DNA of 64,000 nt, taken from positions 43,772,001 through 43,836,000 of the forward strand of contig OX597827.1 of the NCBI GenBank assembly GCA_951406725.2. The letters are read 5' to 3'. Shown piece after piece: positions 17,243 to 29,690 of this stretch; the first letter of the stretch is position 1; every line of letters begins with the position of its first letter. The position numbers and the translations under genes are program-made. The stretch comes from Octopus vulgaris (lineage: Eukaryota). The notes beneath the pieces are model-generated. The model was not told where the DNA came from, did not search any database, and was given only the letters and a program-made list of their open reading frames with translations.

Positions 17243-17383
17243 AGCTGACAAGGCGAGATAAGTTTAACCCTAGGCGCAGTGAGAGCCACTGATGAGCGTT
17301 AAGATGCATTAAACATCAAAATGCGAACTCACCGATGATCTGGCTGTATCTGCGACCATAGGGAGATTGCCCCATCGTCAGCT
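17243..17383 (+). ncRNA. Type I hammerhead ribozyme with extended stem I (A15.1C variant)
   Basis: agcca-CTGATGA-GCGTT..GATG cattaaa CATC..AATGC-GAAC-TCA ccga TGA-TC-tggct. Stem I continues cgcag/ctgcg, ccctagg/ccataggg and agctgac/gtcagct. Confidence 0.75.
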
Positions 17384-17667
17384 CATTAAGGTAGCACCAG
17401 TTTTGCTAGAAATAAGAGTCAAAACAACTCAAAAACTTTTTGAAAGGAATGCACTAATCGATGCCATCGACACTTCGACCCCAGTACTTGAATGGTGCTC
17501 TGTTTTGTCGACCTCGAAGAAATTATGAAAAGCAAAGTAGACTTCGGTGGGGTTTAACTTCAGAAGGTAAAGAGACGAAAGAAACACGGCAAAGTTGTTG
17601 TGACTCTTATTTCTAGCAACAATACTGGTGTTAATTAGTGCCCTTGTTCACATTAGTAAAAGACGTG

Positions 17668-17738
<71 letters not shown>

Positions 17739-17821
17739 GCAATTTACAGAAAAGCAAAAGACGAAAATAGATGTATAAACAAGCAGGTGTATTAGTTTCA
17801 CACTCGGGAAGGTGAGAAAGT

Positions 17822-17857
17822 CTTTTACGTTTCGAGCCTACGATCTTCAACAGAAAG
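17822..17857 (-). ncRNA. Minimal hammerhead-like motif (A6U variant)
   Basis: Minus strand: cttt-CTGTTGA-agatcgtaggctc-GAAA-CG-TA-aaag. Confidence 0.45.
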
Positions 17858-17900
17858 GAACACGAGGAAATAAACTGAGAATAAATAAATAAATAAATAA

Positions 17901-17971
<71 letters not shown>

Positions 17972-18146
17972 TAAAGGGTGAAATATAATTAATTTAATAA
18001 AATCAATAAATTTCACCTAGTAATACTTCAGTATGGAAAAGGACCATATTCGGTAAAAATTTGTATAATTATAATAATAAGGGTTTTTTGCAACAAGTTG
18101 TTTAAAACACATACCGAAAATATTAGAAAAATATTAGAAAAACCCT

Positions 18147-18227
<81 letters not shown>

Positions 18228-18316
18228 CATATATATACATGCATACATACATACATTTATGCGATAATATCGAACAGTGAGAATGGTTGTTCAACACCAT
18301 ATTCGAAAACGGGGCT

Positions 18317-18501
18317 AGACGCAGGCGTGGCTGTGTGGTAAGAAGTTTTCTTCCCAACCACATGGTTCTGGGTTCGGTCCCACTGCGCGGCACCTTGGAC
18401 AAGTGTCTTCTACTATAGCCTCGGGTCGACCAAAGCCTTGTGAGTGGATTTGATAAGCGGAAATTGAACGAAGTCTGTCGTGTGCGTGTGTGTGTGTATG
18501 C

Positions 18502-18536
<35 letters not shown>

Positions 18537-18680
18537 TGATGCTTGATGACTGGTGTTGATGTGTTTATGTCCTTGTAATGCTTTAAGAAAAAAATGCTGA
18601 GGTAGATTCATTCGGCAGAAAAATTCTTCAAGTCGGTGCCCAAGCATGGCCGCAGTCTAATGACTGAAACAAATTCAAGA
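18317..18680 (+). mobile_element. SINE family A
   Basis: Homologous head and tail. Confidence 0.8.
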
Positions 18681-18761
18681 TCTAAATGGTCTGTATAAAC
18701 AACCAGTTTATACTGGTTTATAATGGATATTCTACACTATATCTATCCGCTACACTCACAA

Positions 18762-18815
<54 letters not shown>

Positions 18816-20179
18816 CTTCTCTCTCTGTTTTCCTTTCTCTCTCTCTTTGTCTCTCGCTCCTTCTATCTCTATCTCTCCCTCTCTCTCTATGTACAATCTG
18901 GGTCACCCACTGTGGTTTCTGGATGTTCACGCGTCCGGGAAATCAAAAGTGTACCTGTCTTGAAAGTATCAAACATCTATAGATATTCGGCGGTCATGAG
19001 CCGGAAAGGTGCATAGACGGACCCTATTGAAACGGCACTGTCTTCTCTTCCGTTCATATCCAACACCACCAATTTAAACCCTCCCAAGCAAGATACAAAA
19101 CAGATCATGTGTACCCCTAAATCCAAACCTTTCTGGGACAGCACCTGCTCTCCACCGCTAATTCGCAAGATGAACACACCTTGTAACAGTCAAACATTGG
19201 TGTAAAGGCATCCGCAGCTGTGTATAAAGATCTGAGGTCGTTAAGCAAGTGACCTTGCTCCCAAACTGATTCCGCCCACACATATTCACACCGCCTTGTC
19301 TGAGCGAAGCCGGATCTGTTGGAGGAAATAAAAAAGTGAGCAGAAGAATTACAGGTCATGATGACCTCCTGCAGGAGTGTCTTCCATGAGAGGCCATTCT
19401 CATAAGTTTTTTTTCTTTTTCGTTTTTTATTATCCATTCTTTTCCAGAAAATTCAAACGTTTTCTGGGAAATTGTTGGGAAGTGTTTTCTGTAGATCTGC
19501 TGACGTTTTTATTAATATTCTGTCTTTGGGTATTTGAAGGATGAATTCTTCAAATTCTTCTCTTTTGTTGCTATTTCACATTTATTTATTTATTTATTTA
19601 TTTATTTACCTTTTTATGTACTCCAAGCTTCATCCACTGAGAATTTCATTCTTATACGTACATATTTATAAATGATACAACAGACTCGGACACTATACCA
19701 CAGCGAACGCACATAACACATAACACATACACAATGCAGAAAATTCATGCATTCACAGACACACTTCCAGACACATAGACACACATATTTACCTTCAAAA
19801 CACTCTACACACGCACATACCGCCCACATACCTTATTCGTACCACCACACATCACGCATATAGCACTATATGTAATCTATACACAAGCATAAAACTCCTT
19901 AATAAATCTACACGCTAGTATAACACTCCTTATACACGTCTCATACACTCATACGTTATATATGTATTCTACGACATACATTTCGAATACATTACTACAC
20001 GTTCTCATTCACACACACACATACACACATACATAAGCCACTACACATTCTCATCGTTTCATACACACACACACACATACACACACACACACATACACAC
20101 ACACGCCATATGCACACCGTTATACATATCATAAAAGCAGATTTCCACTATCATATATGCACATACTTCAAGCGCCACC

Positions 20180-20402
20180 ACCAACACCACCACACCACTA
20201 CCACACACCACCAGAACTACCACTACTACTAACACCAACACTACCACTACTACTACTACCACTACTACTACTACTACTACAGTACACCATATAAACAGAC
20301 CACCACCACCATCACTAATACCACCACCACTACTACTACTACAGTACACCGTATAAACAGACCACTTCTCACAACCACCACACTACCACCACCACCACTA
20401 CT

Positions 20403-20438
<36 letters not shown>

Positions 20439-21430
20439 ATGCACCATATAAACAGACCACGACACACCACCACCACTACACCCACCACTACCATCACCAC
20501 CACAGCCACCACAATCACCACTACCATTACCGCTATACACACAGCTGCTGCTCAAGGCTATATATCCCTCGAGTATTGGTGCGAATAATTGCCATCTTAA
20601 TAACAGTCTGTCAGATATTTCTTATTGAATGGTAGCAATGGTATTGATGGTTCTGTGGTGGTAATAAGATGGTGAGGGTACGCTGCTGGTGGTGGTGGCA
20701 GAGGTGGCATGATGATGATGATGGTGGTGGTCGTAGTGTTGGCATTGGTGTTGGTGGTGTTGTTGGTGTTGTTGTTGTTGTTGTTGGTGGTGGTGGTTGT
20801 GGTGGTGGTGAAGTTAGTAATGGTAGTAGTAGTTGTAGTAGTGATGGTGGCCGTGGTGGTCATGGTGGTTGTGGTAGTGGTGGTTGTGTTGGTGATGATG
20901 GTTGTTATGGTCGTTGTTGAAGTAGTTGTGATGGTGGTTCTGGTGGTGGTGTTGGTGTTCTTGTTGGTGGTAGTGTTAGTGGTGGTGGTGGTGGTGGTGT
21001 TAGTGGTGGTGGTGTTGGTGTTAGTAATGGTAGTAGTAGTTGTAGTAGTGATGGTTGTTGTGATAGTGGCTGTGATGGTCGTGGTGGTTGTGGTAGCGGT
21101 GGTTGTTGTGTTGGTGATGGTGGTTGTTATGGTTGTTGTGGAGGTAGTTGTGATGGTGGTGATTGTAGTGGTGGTGGTGGTGGTGGTGGTGGTGGTGGTG
21201 GCCATGTTGTTTTTCGTGGTTGTGTTTATGATGGCGGCGTTTGTGGCAGTGGTGCGATAGTAATGCGGTAATATGACGATGGTACGGTAGTGGTATGCAG
21301 ATTATGCTAATGGTGTTATAGCGATTACAAGCACACACAGACGTTGTCCTGTTATTTTCGTGGAGGAGTTGGTGGTGGTAGTGGTGGTAGTGGTGATGTC
21401 GGCGGTGGTGGTTTAGAAGTGGTGCTAATG
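20180..21430. repeat. Degenerate (ACC/ACT)n then (GGT/GTT/AGT)n trinucleotide tracts
   Basis: Directly visible; source of the poly-V/T/P ORFs. Confidence 0.95.
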
Positions 21431-21628
21431 TAACAGACTCGGTATTAGTATGTAGGTCGTACTCTGACGGCCTTGATGATTAAGATGGCGGTTCGTCAAC
21501 CTTGATGGCTAAGCATCTGGTCGTACGGCAGTGTACATAAGGCTAATGCGATGCCAGGATTATAATATAAAGACGGTGTGATGTATATTATATTGTAGCT
21601 GTCGTTTGGTGGCGTTTGGTAAATGGGT

Positions 21629-21872
21629 ACTCTTTTACTTGTTTCAGTCATTTGACTGTGGCCATGCTGGAGCACCGCCTTCAGTCGAGCAAATCGACCC
21701 CAGGACTTATTCTTTGTAAGCCTAGTACTTATTCTATCGGTCTTTTTTGCCGAACCGCTACGTTACCGGGACGTAAGCACACCAGCATTGGTTGTCAAGC
21801 GATGTTTGGGGGGGGAGCAAACACAGACACACAAACATATACACACGCATACACACACACACACACATATAC

Positions 21873-21912
<40 letters not shown>

Positions 21913-22275
21913 GGAGTAAACACATAAATGTGAAACAAGATGGAAAGAAGAGTACTCAAATACCAGTGGTAGAGTAATGTACTATATTTAAAGCAGCAGA
22001 AAATTCAACAAAACCTGTTACTCTGAGTTTCACGTTGCCTTTCGTCGGACAGTTTTTGAATTTTCTGCTGCTTTAAATAAAGTATATATATATATATACA
22101 TATACATATATACGTCGGGCTTCTTCCAGTTTCCGTCTACCAAATCCACTCATAGGGCATTAGTCGGCCCGAGGCTATAGTAGAAGATACTTGCCCAAGG
22201 TGCCACGCAGTGGGACTGAACCTTTAACCATGTGGTTCATAAGCAAGCTACTTACAACACAGCCACTCCTACGCA
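21629..22275 (-). mobile_element. SINE family A (hosts the mini-PLE insertion)
   Basis: Tail 21629-21850, head 22110-22275. Confidence 0.85.
21911..22084 (-). mobile_element. Mini-PLE-like fold-back unit with hammerhead-like motif, nested in the (TA)n linker of a SINE
   Basis: 29-bp inverted repeats 21980-22008 / 22056-22084 enclose minus-strand ctgt-CCGACGA-aaggcaacgt-GAAA-CTCAGAG-TA-acag (22015-22052). There is a 70-nt tail on one side. Confidence 0.6.
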
Positions 22276-22768
22276 TTTGTATGATTGTGTGCATAATATT
22301 CATTTCGGGTTCAATCTCACAGAGAGGTACCGAGGGCAAGTGACTTTTTTTTTTCTGTAATGGAGTTGAAGGTTTCGAGTTGACCAATACCTACTTTGAG
22401 AGAGAAATTTGTAGAATGAAAACAGTACAGAAAGCTATAGTTCATCAATATCTACGTGTGTAAAAATGAGTAGTACTTGTATTTCAAAGGGCCAGCCCTG
22501 TCACAATCTGTGTCACGCTGAATCGCCCCAAGAACTAAGTTAAGGGAGTGTCTGTGGAGTGCTCAGCCACTTGCATGTAAATTTCACGAGCAGGCTGTTC
22601 CGATTGATCGGATCAACTAGAAGCATCGTCGTCGTAACCGACGGAGTACCAGTGGAAGTAGTAATAGTAGTAGTAGTAGTGGTAGTGGTAGTGGTGGTGG
22701 TGGTGGCAGTAGTGGTGGTGGTGGTGGTGGTGCTGGTGCTGGTGCTGGTGGTAAATATATGTGTGTGA

Positions 22769-22808
<40 letters not shown>

Positions 22809-23035
22809 ATATAATACCTTTTACCTTTTGCATGTTTCAGCCACAGGACAACGGCGACGGCGAGACATTGGCGATGGTGGGACACCGTCTTGAAGAACTT
22901 ATGAGGGGTGGTTCTGTCTTCTTTTTAAGCATGGTACTTATTCTGTTTGTCTTTTTTCCCGGACGGCTAGGACACTGACACAAAAGCACAAGCACACAGA
23001 CACACACACATGTACTGAAAAAAGCCCGACGTTTA

Positions 23036-23086
<51 letters not shown>

Positions 23087-23090
<4 letters not shown>

Positions 23091-23680
23091 AAATGCATGG
23101 TGACGCACTTGTCCATAGCTAGCTTGAGTTGCCAGTCAGAGAACCATTGCTGCATTGTATCCAGGTCTGATTGCAAGAAAGATCTATAGCTCATAGGATC
23201 TGTTCTTTTTATTTCGGGATACAGCTTGATGTCATCTGCATATTTCAGCAATGTAGCATTCCTGAAGTTGGCATCTATATCATTAATATATGCAACAAGA
23301 ACGGATCCCTGTGGTACACCAGCACTCATCCCGTAAGGTGAAGAATAACGCCCTAGACCGTAACTATCTCTTTCCAACCGAGAATGAAGGACTTCAGCCA
23401 GTTATTAGATATCATCCTTCAAAACCATTGCAATGAGTTTTACCATGAGTCGTTTGTGTGGCACAGAGTTGAAGGATTTGGCAAAATCAAGGTAGACAGC
23501 ATCCACCCATAAGTTGCCACCAGTAACTCGGGTGATGTCCTCAAGAAACTCGATGAGTTGACTACAGCAGCAGGAGTTGGGGATAAAAACAAATTGTGAG
23601 GGTCGAATAAGGCTGTGAGGTCTCCAAAAGTTCCAGTGTTCCTCTGACAACACACACCGAATTGTATTAACAAGAAAGCT
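23087..23680 (-). pseudogene. Non-LTR (CR1/L2/Jockey-group) reverse transcriptase fragment
   Basis: Motifs VDAVYLDFAKSFNSVPHKRL, GVPQGSVL..YINDI, KYADDIKLY and LQSDLD.MQQW..DWQLKL...KC, with frameshifts. Confidence 0.9.
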
Positions 23681-23752
23681 TTTATATACCTTTGTGACTC
23701 TCTCTTCTTTTTTTCTCTCACTCTCTCACTTCTATTCTAGCCTTCCCACTTT

Positions 23753-23783
<31 letters not shown>

Positions 23784-24244
23784 GTTCGCTCTCCCTCTTG
23801 TATTCCTAGCCTTTCTCTTTTCTTTTTTCTCCCTTCATCCCTTCCCGCATTTTTTCTCTCTGTCGCGCTCTCTCACCCTCTCTTGCTCTCTGTCTCCTCT
23901 GCCTGCTGCTTTCACGTAACAACGCGACCAGCTTTCCTTCCCCTCTTTCTCTCCCTTTTTGTGGAGAATTCAGGGCCGAGAGCAAGCAAAACAAAGCAAA
24001 ATAACACAGAGTGGACATAGGAAAGTGAATAAGTGTGGTTTAGGACGATTGACAAGAACGAACAGACGAGCAAAATACGGCCTTAGGGGTAAGAATAGTG
24101 GATAACGTATAGAAGATATCCTAAAGGATAGAGAGCGGAGAGAGAGAATTTGCGACTGATCCCGTCCACTCTATGTTATTTTGCTTTGTTTTGTTTGCTC
24201 TCGGCCCTGAATTCTCTGCAAAAAGTTTTTCTACGGGCACCGCC

Positions 24245-24810
24245 AATATGGTACTTAACTTATCGACCCCGAAAGGATGAAAGGCAAGGTCGACCTCGGC
24301 GGAATTTGAACTAAGAACGCAAAGACAGACAAAATACCTATTTCTTTATTACCCACAAGGGGCTAAACATAGAGGGGACAAACAAGGACAGACAAACGGA
24401 TTAAGTCGATTACATCGACCCCAGTGCTGGTACTTATTTAACTGGTACTTATTTAACTGGTACTTATTTAACTGATACTTATTTAACTGGTACTTATTTA
24501 ATCGACCCCGAAAGGATGAAAGGCAAAGTCGACCTCGGTGGAATTTGAACTCAGAACGTAACGGCAGACGAAATACCTATTTCTTTATTACTCACAAGGG
24601 GCTAAACACAGTGGGGACAAACAAGGACAGACATAGGTATTAAGTCGATTACATCGACCCCAGTGCGTAACTGGTACTTAATTTATCGACCCCGAAAGGA
24701 TGAAAGGCAAAGTCGACCTCGGCGGAATTTGAACTCACAACGTACCGCAGACGAAATACCGCTAAGCATTTCGCCCGGCGTGCTAACGTTTCTGCCAACT
24801 TGCCACCTAA
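24245..24810 (-). mobile_element. SINE family B, tandem array (about 3 units) with an internal 15-bp repeat x4
   Basis: Units are joined at gacgaaatacctatttctttatt (near 24332 and 24571). (tttaactggtactta)n lies at 24427-24500. Confidence 0.85.
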
Positions 24811-25002
24811 ATTTAGCTACAATTTCTTACAGGTGGAGAAGCCGCTTAAAGATTTTCATGCATAGCACTTTGACCTTGATAAATTGCTGTTGTGGCTGTC
24901 GATGTTGAGGCCCACGTCAGCCCTGATTAAACAGACCTAAGATTAAAAGCATTCCAGCTGTGACCATTGCCGTTGATTTTATAACTTTTGAGCTGACAAT
25001 AC

Positions 25003-25167
25003 TAGTGGTGGTGGAAGTAGTGGTGGTGGTGGCGGTGGGTGTAATAGTGAGCGACATGGTGGTGGTGGTGGTCGTCGTCGTAGTGTTGGTGGTGGTGGTG
25101 GTGCTGCTGATTGTCGTGCTGATCATGGTGGTAACAGTAGCAGTATTAGTAGCAGCAGTAGCTGCAA

Positions 25168-25222
<55 letters not shown>

Positions 25223-26145
25223 GGTGGTGGTGGTAGTGGTGGTGGTAGTGGTGGTGGTGGTGGCAACGTGAATTTCATGACACTTCTGTAATTCTGAAAG
25301 TGACAATGGAGGTGGTGGTGTTGGTGACGGTGGCGTCGGCGGCGGCGGTGGCATGGCGGTGGCGTTAGCGGTGACGGTGGTGGTTGTATTGGTGGTGGTG
25401 GTGGTGGTGGTAGTGGTGGTGGCGGCGGTGGTGGTGGTTGTGGTGGTGGTGGTGGTGGTGGTGGTGGTGGTGGTGTGGTGGTGGGGGTTGTGGGGGTTGT
25501 GGTGGTGGTTGTGGTGGTGGTGGTGGTTGTGGTGGTGCTGGTGGTTGTGGTGGTTGTGGTGGTGGTGGTGATGGTGGTGGTCTTGGTAGTGTTGGTGGTT
25601 GTTGTGGTGGTGGTGGTGATGGTTGTGGTGGACGTGGTGGTGAAGGCGGTTTGTGAAAACAGCGTTGAATGAATAGTGGTGGTGGTAGTGTGGTTAGCTG
25701 GTAGTGGTGGTGGAGGTGGTGCATATGGTAGAAGGGTTTGAGGGGGATGGAGTGGATTTTGGATTAATGCTGATAGTGGTGCGATAGTGATGGTGGTTTG
25801 ATACTAACAGATGTGTAAATTAACTGTAGTAGCAGTGGTGGTGGAGATGTTATCGGTGGTAGTAGTAGTAGTAGTAGTGGTGATGGTATTGGGGATAGCA
25901 GTAGCGGTGGTGATAATGGTGTTGATGATATCGGTGGTAGTATTGGCGGTGATGGTTTCGTGGCAGTAGTAATAGTATTAGTGGTGGTAGAGATGGTATT
26001 GGTGGTGGTGGTGATGGTAGAGATTGTATTGTGGTGGTGGTGGTGGTGGTTATGCTGCTGCTGCTGCTGTTGGTTGTTTTGGTGGTGGTAATGATGGCGG
26101 TGGTGATGGTGATTGTATTGTTAGTAGTAGCGGTGATGGTGATAC
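25003..26145. repeat. Degenerate (GGT/AGT)n tract
   Basis: Directly visible. Confidence 0.95.
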
Positions 26146-26325
26146 ATTGTCCACGGAGTCGATAAATAAGATATCTGTCATGAACTTAGCGGTCCGGCAA
26201 AAATACTGGGTTCAGCCTTTTTTCGACTAAATCCTTCTTGACAGTGTCCCTACATGGCAGGAGTCTAATGATTGAAACAAGTAAAATGTAAGGGACATTT
26301 TCCTCTGATATCTGACGAAGGGCTA

Positions 26326-27540
26326 CAATGAACCGCATAAGAAACGCAATTTTTTCAAATGTCATTTATATGGTAAATTCTGACAATTTATTTCGGAGAT
26401 GTAAGTGTAGATATTCCAAGACATTCTGGTTTATGGCCGAGACCCAAATTGCAGGTAACCTTCCAATTTTCCCGGAAACGAGACGCTAAAATGCAGCTGC
26501 GTTGAATGCCGTCGGTGGCAGTTGCAAACAATTGTCATGAAAACCGAAATGAACGTGCAACTCGTGTAGGTTATGGGAATAAAAATCAGCTTGAACCACA
26601 TTCTTGGCATCAGGTATGACCCGATTGTCAGCTGCGCAGAGAGGACAAGCTATCGGCCGATTGCAAGCAGGGCAGCGTGCCCTTGTTGTTGCGAAAGCTT
26701 GCAATGTCCACGATACAATACCAACAGCACTGCATACTTATTTCTTTACTACCCACAAGGGGCTAAACACAGAGGGGCCAAACAAGGACAGACAAACGGA
26801 TTAAATCGATTACATCGACGCCAATGCGTAACTGGTACTTAATTTATCGACTCCGAAAGGATGAAAAGTATAGTCGACCTCGGCGGAATTTGAACTCAGA
26901 ACGTAGCGACAGACGAAATACGGCTACGCATTTCGCCCGGCGTGCTACAGTTTCTGCCAGCATACCGTGCCCACAGAAGGTGCCCCCGAGTGACCGAGTG
27001 ACCACGCCCAGGCAGGACCGCTTCATCTACCTGCAACACGTTCGTGGTCGCTTCAGACCGGCCAGCGTGACAGTTCGCGAGACCATTGGTACTGAAGAGC
27101 GACCCATCAGCGACGACACGGTACGACGTTGACTGGCCGCCAACAACCTGCGTTGTCGTCGTCCTCCTCGAGCCCGGATTTGAACCCAATTGAACACCTG
27201 TGTGATGAAATCCAGAGACGGCTGAACCAGGTGGTCCCAAAGCCAACAACACGTGTAGAATTGGAGGCTTTTATGAACCACCTCATGCACTCCATGTACC
27301 GACGGTGTATGGCAGTTTTGAATACTCAGGGAGGCCATACACGGTATTGAACATGTCACGCCTTGCAATCTCGATGTGCTGGATCCGCTCACCACTAGAA
27401 TACATGACAACGAGCCATAGACTGTGGTCAAAGTGCATCCAAGAAATCGACATTATCAGATTTATCAAAATTTATCTCTGACATAATGAAATTAAAACAT
27501 ATTTCTCAGTCACACACGTCGCGCTTTTCTCTTGCCAGGC
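26326..27540 (+). mobile_element. Tc1-family DNA transposon remnant, internally deleted and interrupted by a SINE
   Basis: MTRLSAAQRGQAIGRLQAG...VAKACNVH (HTH; ATG at 26616), RVTTPRQDRFI...ISDDTVRR and SPDLNPIEHL.DEIQRRL...SM.RRC.AVL..QGGHTRY (ends 27350). Possible left end TA|CAATG at 26324-26330; the right TIR is poorly conserved. Confidence 0.85.
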
Positions 27541-27720
27541 CAGGCTCCGGCAGGAATATCCGCTCCCACCTTCACCACCACAACCACCACCACCTCTATT
27601 AACTTTCGTAGCTCTTCGTCGTAACCGATGGAGTGCCACGATATCCGAGTGGTCTTGATCGTCTTTGAAGGTACAGAGGTCACTGAAATATAGCAACTGA
27701 CATGACAGCCGTAGTACCGT

Positions 27721-29061
27721 TTGTGGCGATGGTGTGGTGGTGGTGGTGGTGGTGGTGGTGGTGGTGGCGGTGGTGGTAGTGGTGGTGGTGGCGGTGGTGG
27801 TAGTGGTGGTAGTGGAGTATGTGGTGAAGGGTATGTCGTCGTTAATGCAGTGTGTCTCTTTGTGCTGTTTGTGTTGTTTGTGCTCTTGTTGTTGGTGGTA
27901 GAGAGTTGCGTTGGTGGTAGTGATGGAAGTGGCAAAAGAGGCTGTTGTTATTGTGTTGTTGTTGCTGTTGGTGGTGATGGTGGAGGTGGTGATGATGATG
28001 ATGATGATGATGTGGTGGTGATGATGATGATGATGGTGGTGATGGTGGTGATGGTGGTGATGGTGGCGGCGGCAGTGGTGGTGGTGGTGATGGAGGTGGA
28101 GGTGCCAGTAACGGTGACAGTATGAAAGCAGTAGTGGTGGGGTAGTGGTATGTTTGTAGTAGTGGTTGTGGTATTGGTACTGGTTATGGTGGTTGTGTTT
28201 ATATAGGTAATAGTGGTGGTGTTGGTGAAGGTGGAGGTGGTGGTGGTGGTGGTGGTGGTGGTGCCGGTAACGGTGACAGTATGACTGTGGTAGTGGTGGT
28301 GGTAGCGGTAGTAGTGATACGTTTGTAGTTGTGGTTGTGGTATTGGTAGTGGTGGTGGTGGTGGTGATGATGATGGTGGTAATGGTGGATGTGATGGTGG
28401 TGGTGGTAAAGGTGGAGGTGGTGGCAGTAGTGGTGGTGGTGGTAGTGAATTGAGGTGGAGGTGCCGGTAACGGTGACGGTATGACTGCGGTAGTGGTGGT
28501 GGTAACGGTGTTAGTGATACGTTTGTAGTAGTGGTTGTGGTATTGGTAGTGGTTGTGGCGATTGTGCTTATATAGGTGGTAGTGGTGGTGGTGGTGGTGG
28601 TGGTGATGGTGTTAGTGGTGGTGACCGAGACGGTGACTGTACGACTGCTGTAGTGGTAGCAGTAGTGGTGGTAGTGATATGTTTGTAGTAATGGTTGTAG
28701 TATTCGTAATGGTGGTGGTAATGGTTGTAGTGGCAGTGGCGGTGATTGTTGTTTTGATGCTGGTGATGTTGCTATGATGGTGATGGTTGTGGTGGGTGGC
28801 AATGGCCGAAGTATTGGAAAATGTGGTGTTAAAGGTTGTAGGGGTGGTCGTTGTTGGAGTAGCGGTGGTATTTATTGATATTATGGTGCTGAATGTTGTG
28901 ATTCCTGTTGCTGTTGCCAGTGGTGGTGATTTTTGTTGTTATTCTTATCGTGGTGGCAGCGGTGGTTGCTGCTGTTGTGGTGGTGGTGGTGGTGGTGGTG
29001 GTGGTGGTGGTGGTGGTGGTGGTGGTGGTGGTGGTGGTGGTGGTGTTGTTGGTGGTGCTGG

Positions 29062-29110
<49 letters not shown>

Positions 29111-29193
29111 GGTGGTGGTGGTGGTGGTGGTGGTGGTGGTGGTGGTGGTGGTGGTGGTGGTGTTGGTGTTGATGTTGGTGCTGGTGTTGGTGG

Positions 29194-29227
<34 letters not shown>

Positions 29228-29379
29228 GGCGGTGGTGGTGGTGGTGGTGGTGGTGGCTTTGGCGGCAGCGGCGGCGGCGACGGTGACGGCGAGTATTGTT
29301 GTTATTCTCGATAGTGTCAGTGGAGTGGTGATGGCGTTGGTGTTGAGTATTGTTATTGATATTTCCATGGTAGTGGTGC

Positions 29380-29425
<46 letters not shown>

Positions 29426-29598
29426 GGCGGTGGTGGTGGTGGTGGTGGTGGTGGTGGTGGTGGTGGTGGTGGTGGTGGTGGCGGTGGTGGTGGTGGTGGC
29501 GGTAGTGGTGGTGGTGGTGGTAGTGGTGGTGGTGGTGGTGGTGGTGGTGGTGCTGTCGTTGTTGTTGTTGTTGGTGGTGGTGGTGGTGGTGGTGGTGC

Positions 29599-29647
<49 letters not shown>

Positions 29648-29690
29648 GGTGGTGGTGGTGGTGGTGGTGGTGGTGGTGGTGGTGCAGTAT
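27721..29690. repeat. Large degenerate (GGT/GTT/GAT)n tract with a higher-order repeat
   Basis: Directly visible. Confidence 0.95.

Noticed and set aside
24427-24500. 15-bp repeats resembling a CRISPR array or iterons
   Set aside because: No spacers; a slippage expansion inside a SINE in a eukaryotic context.
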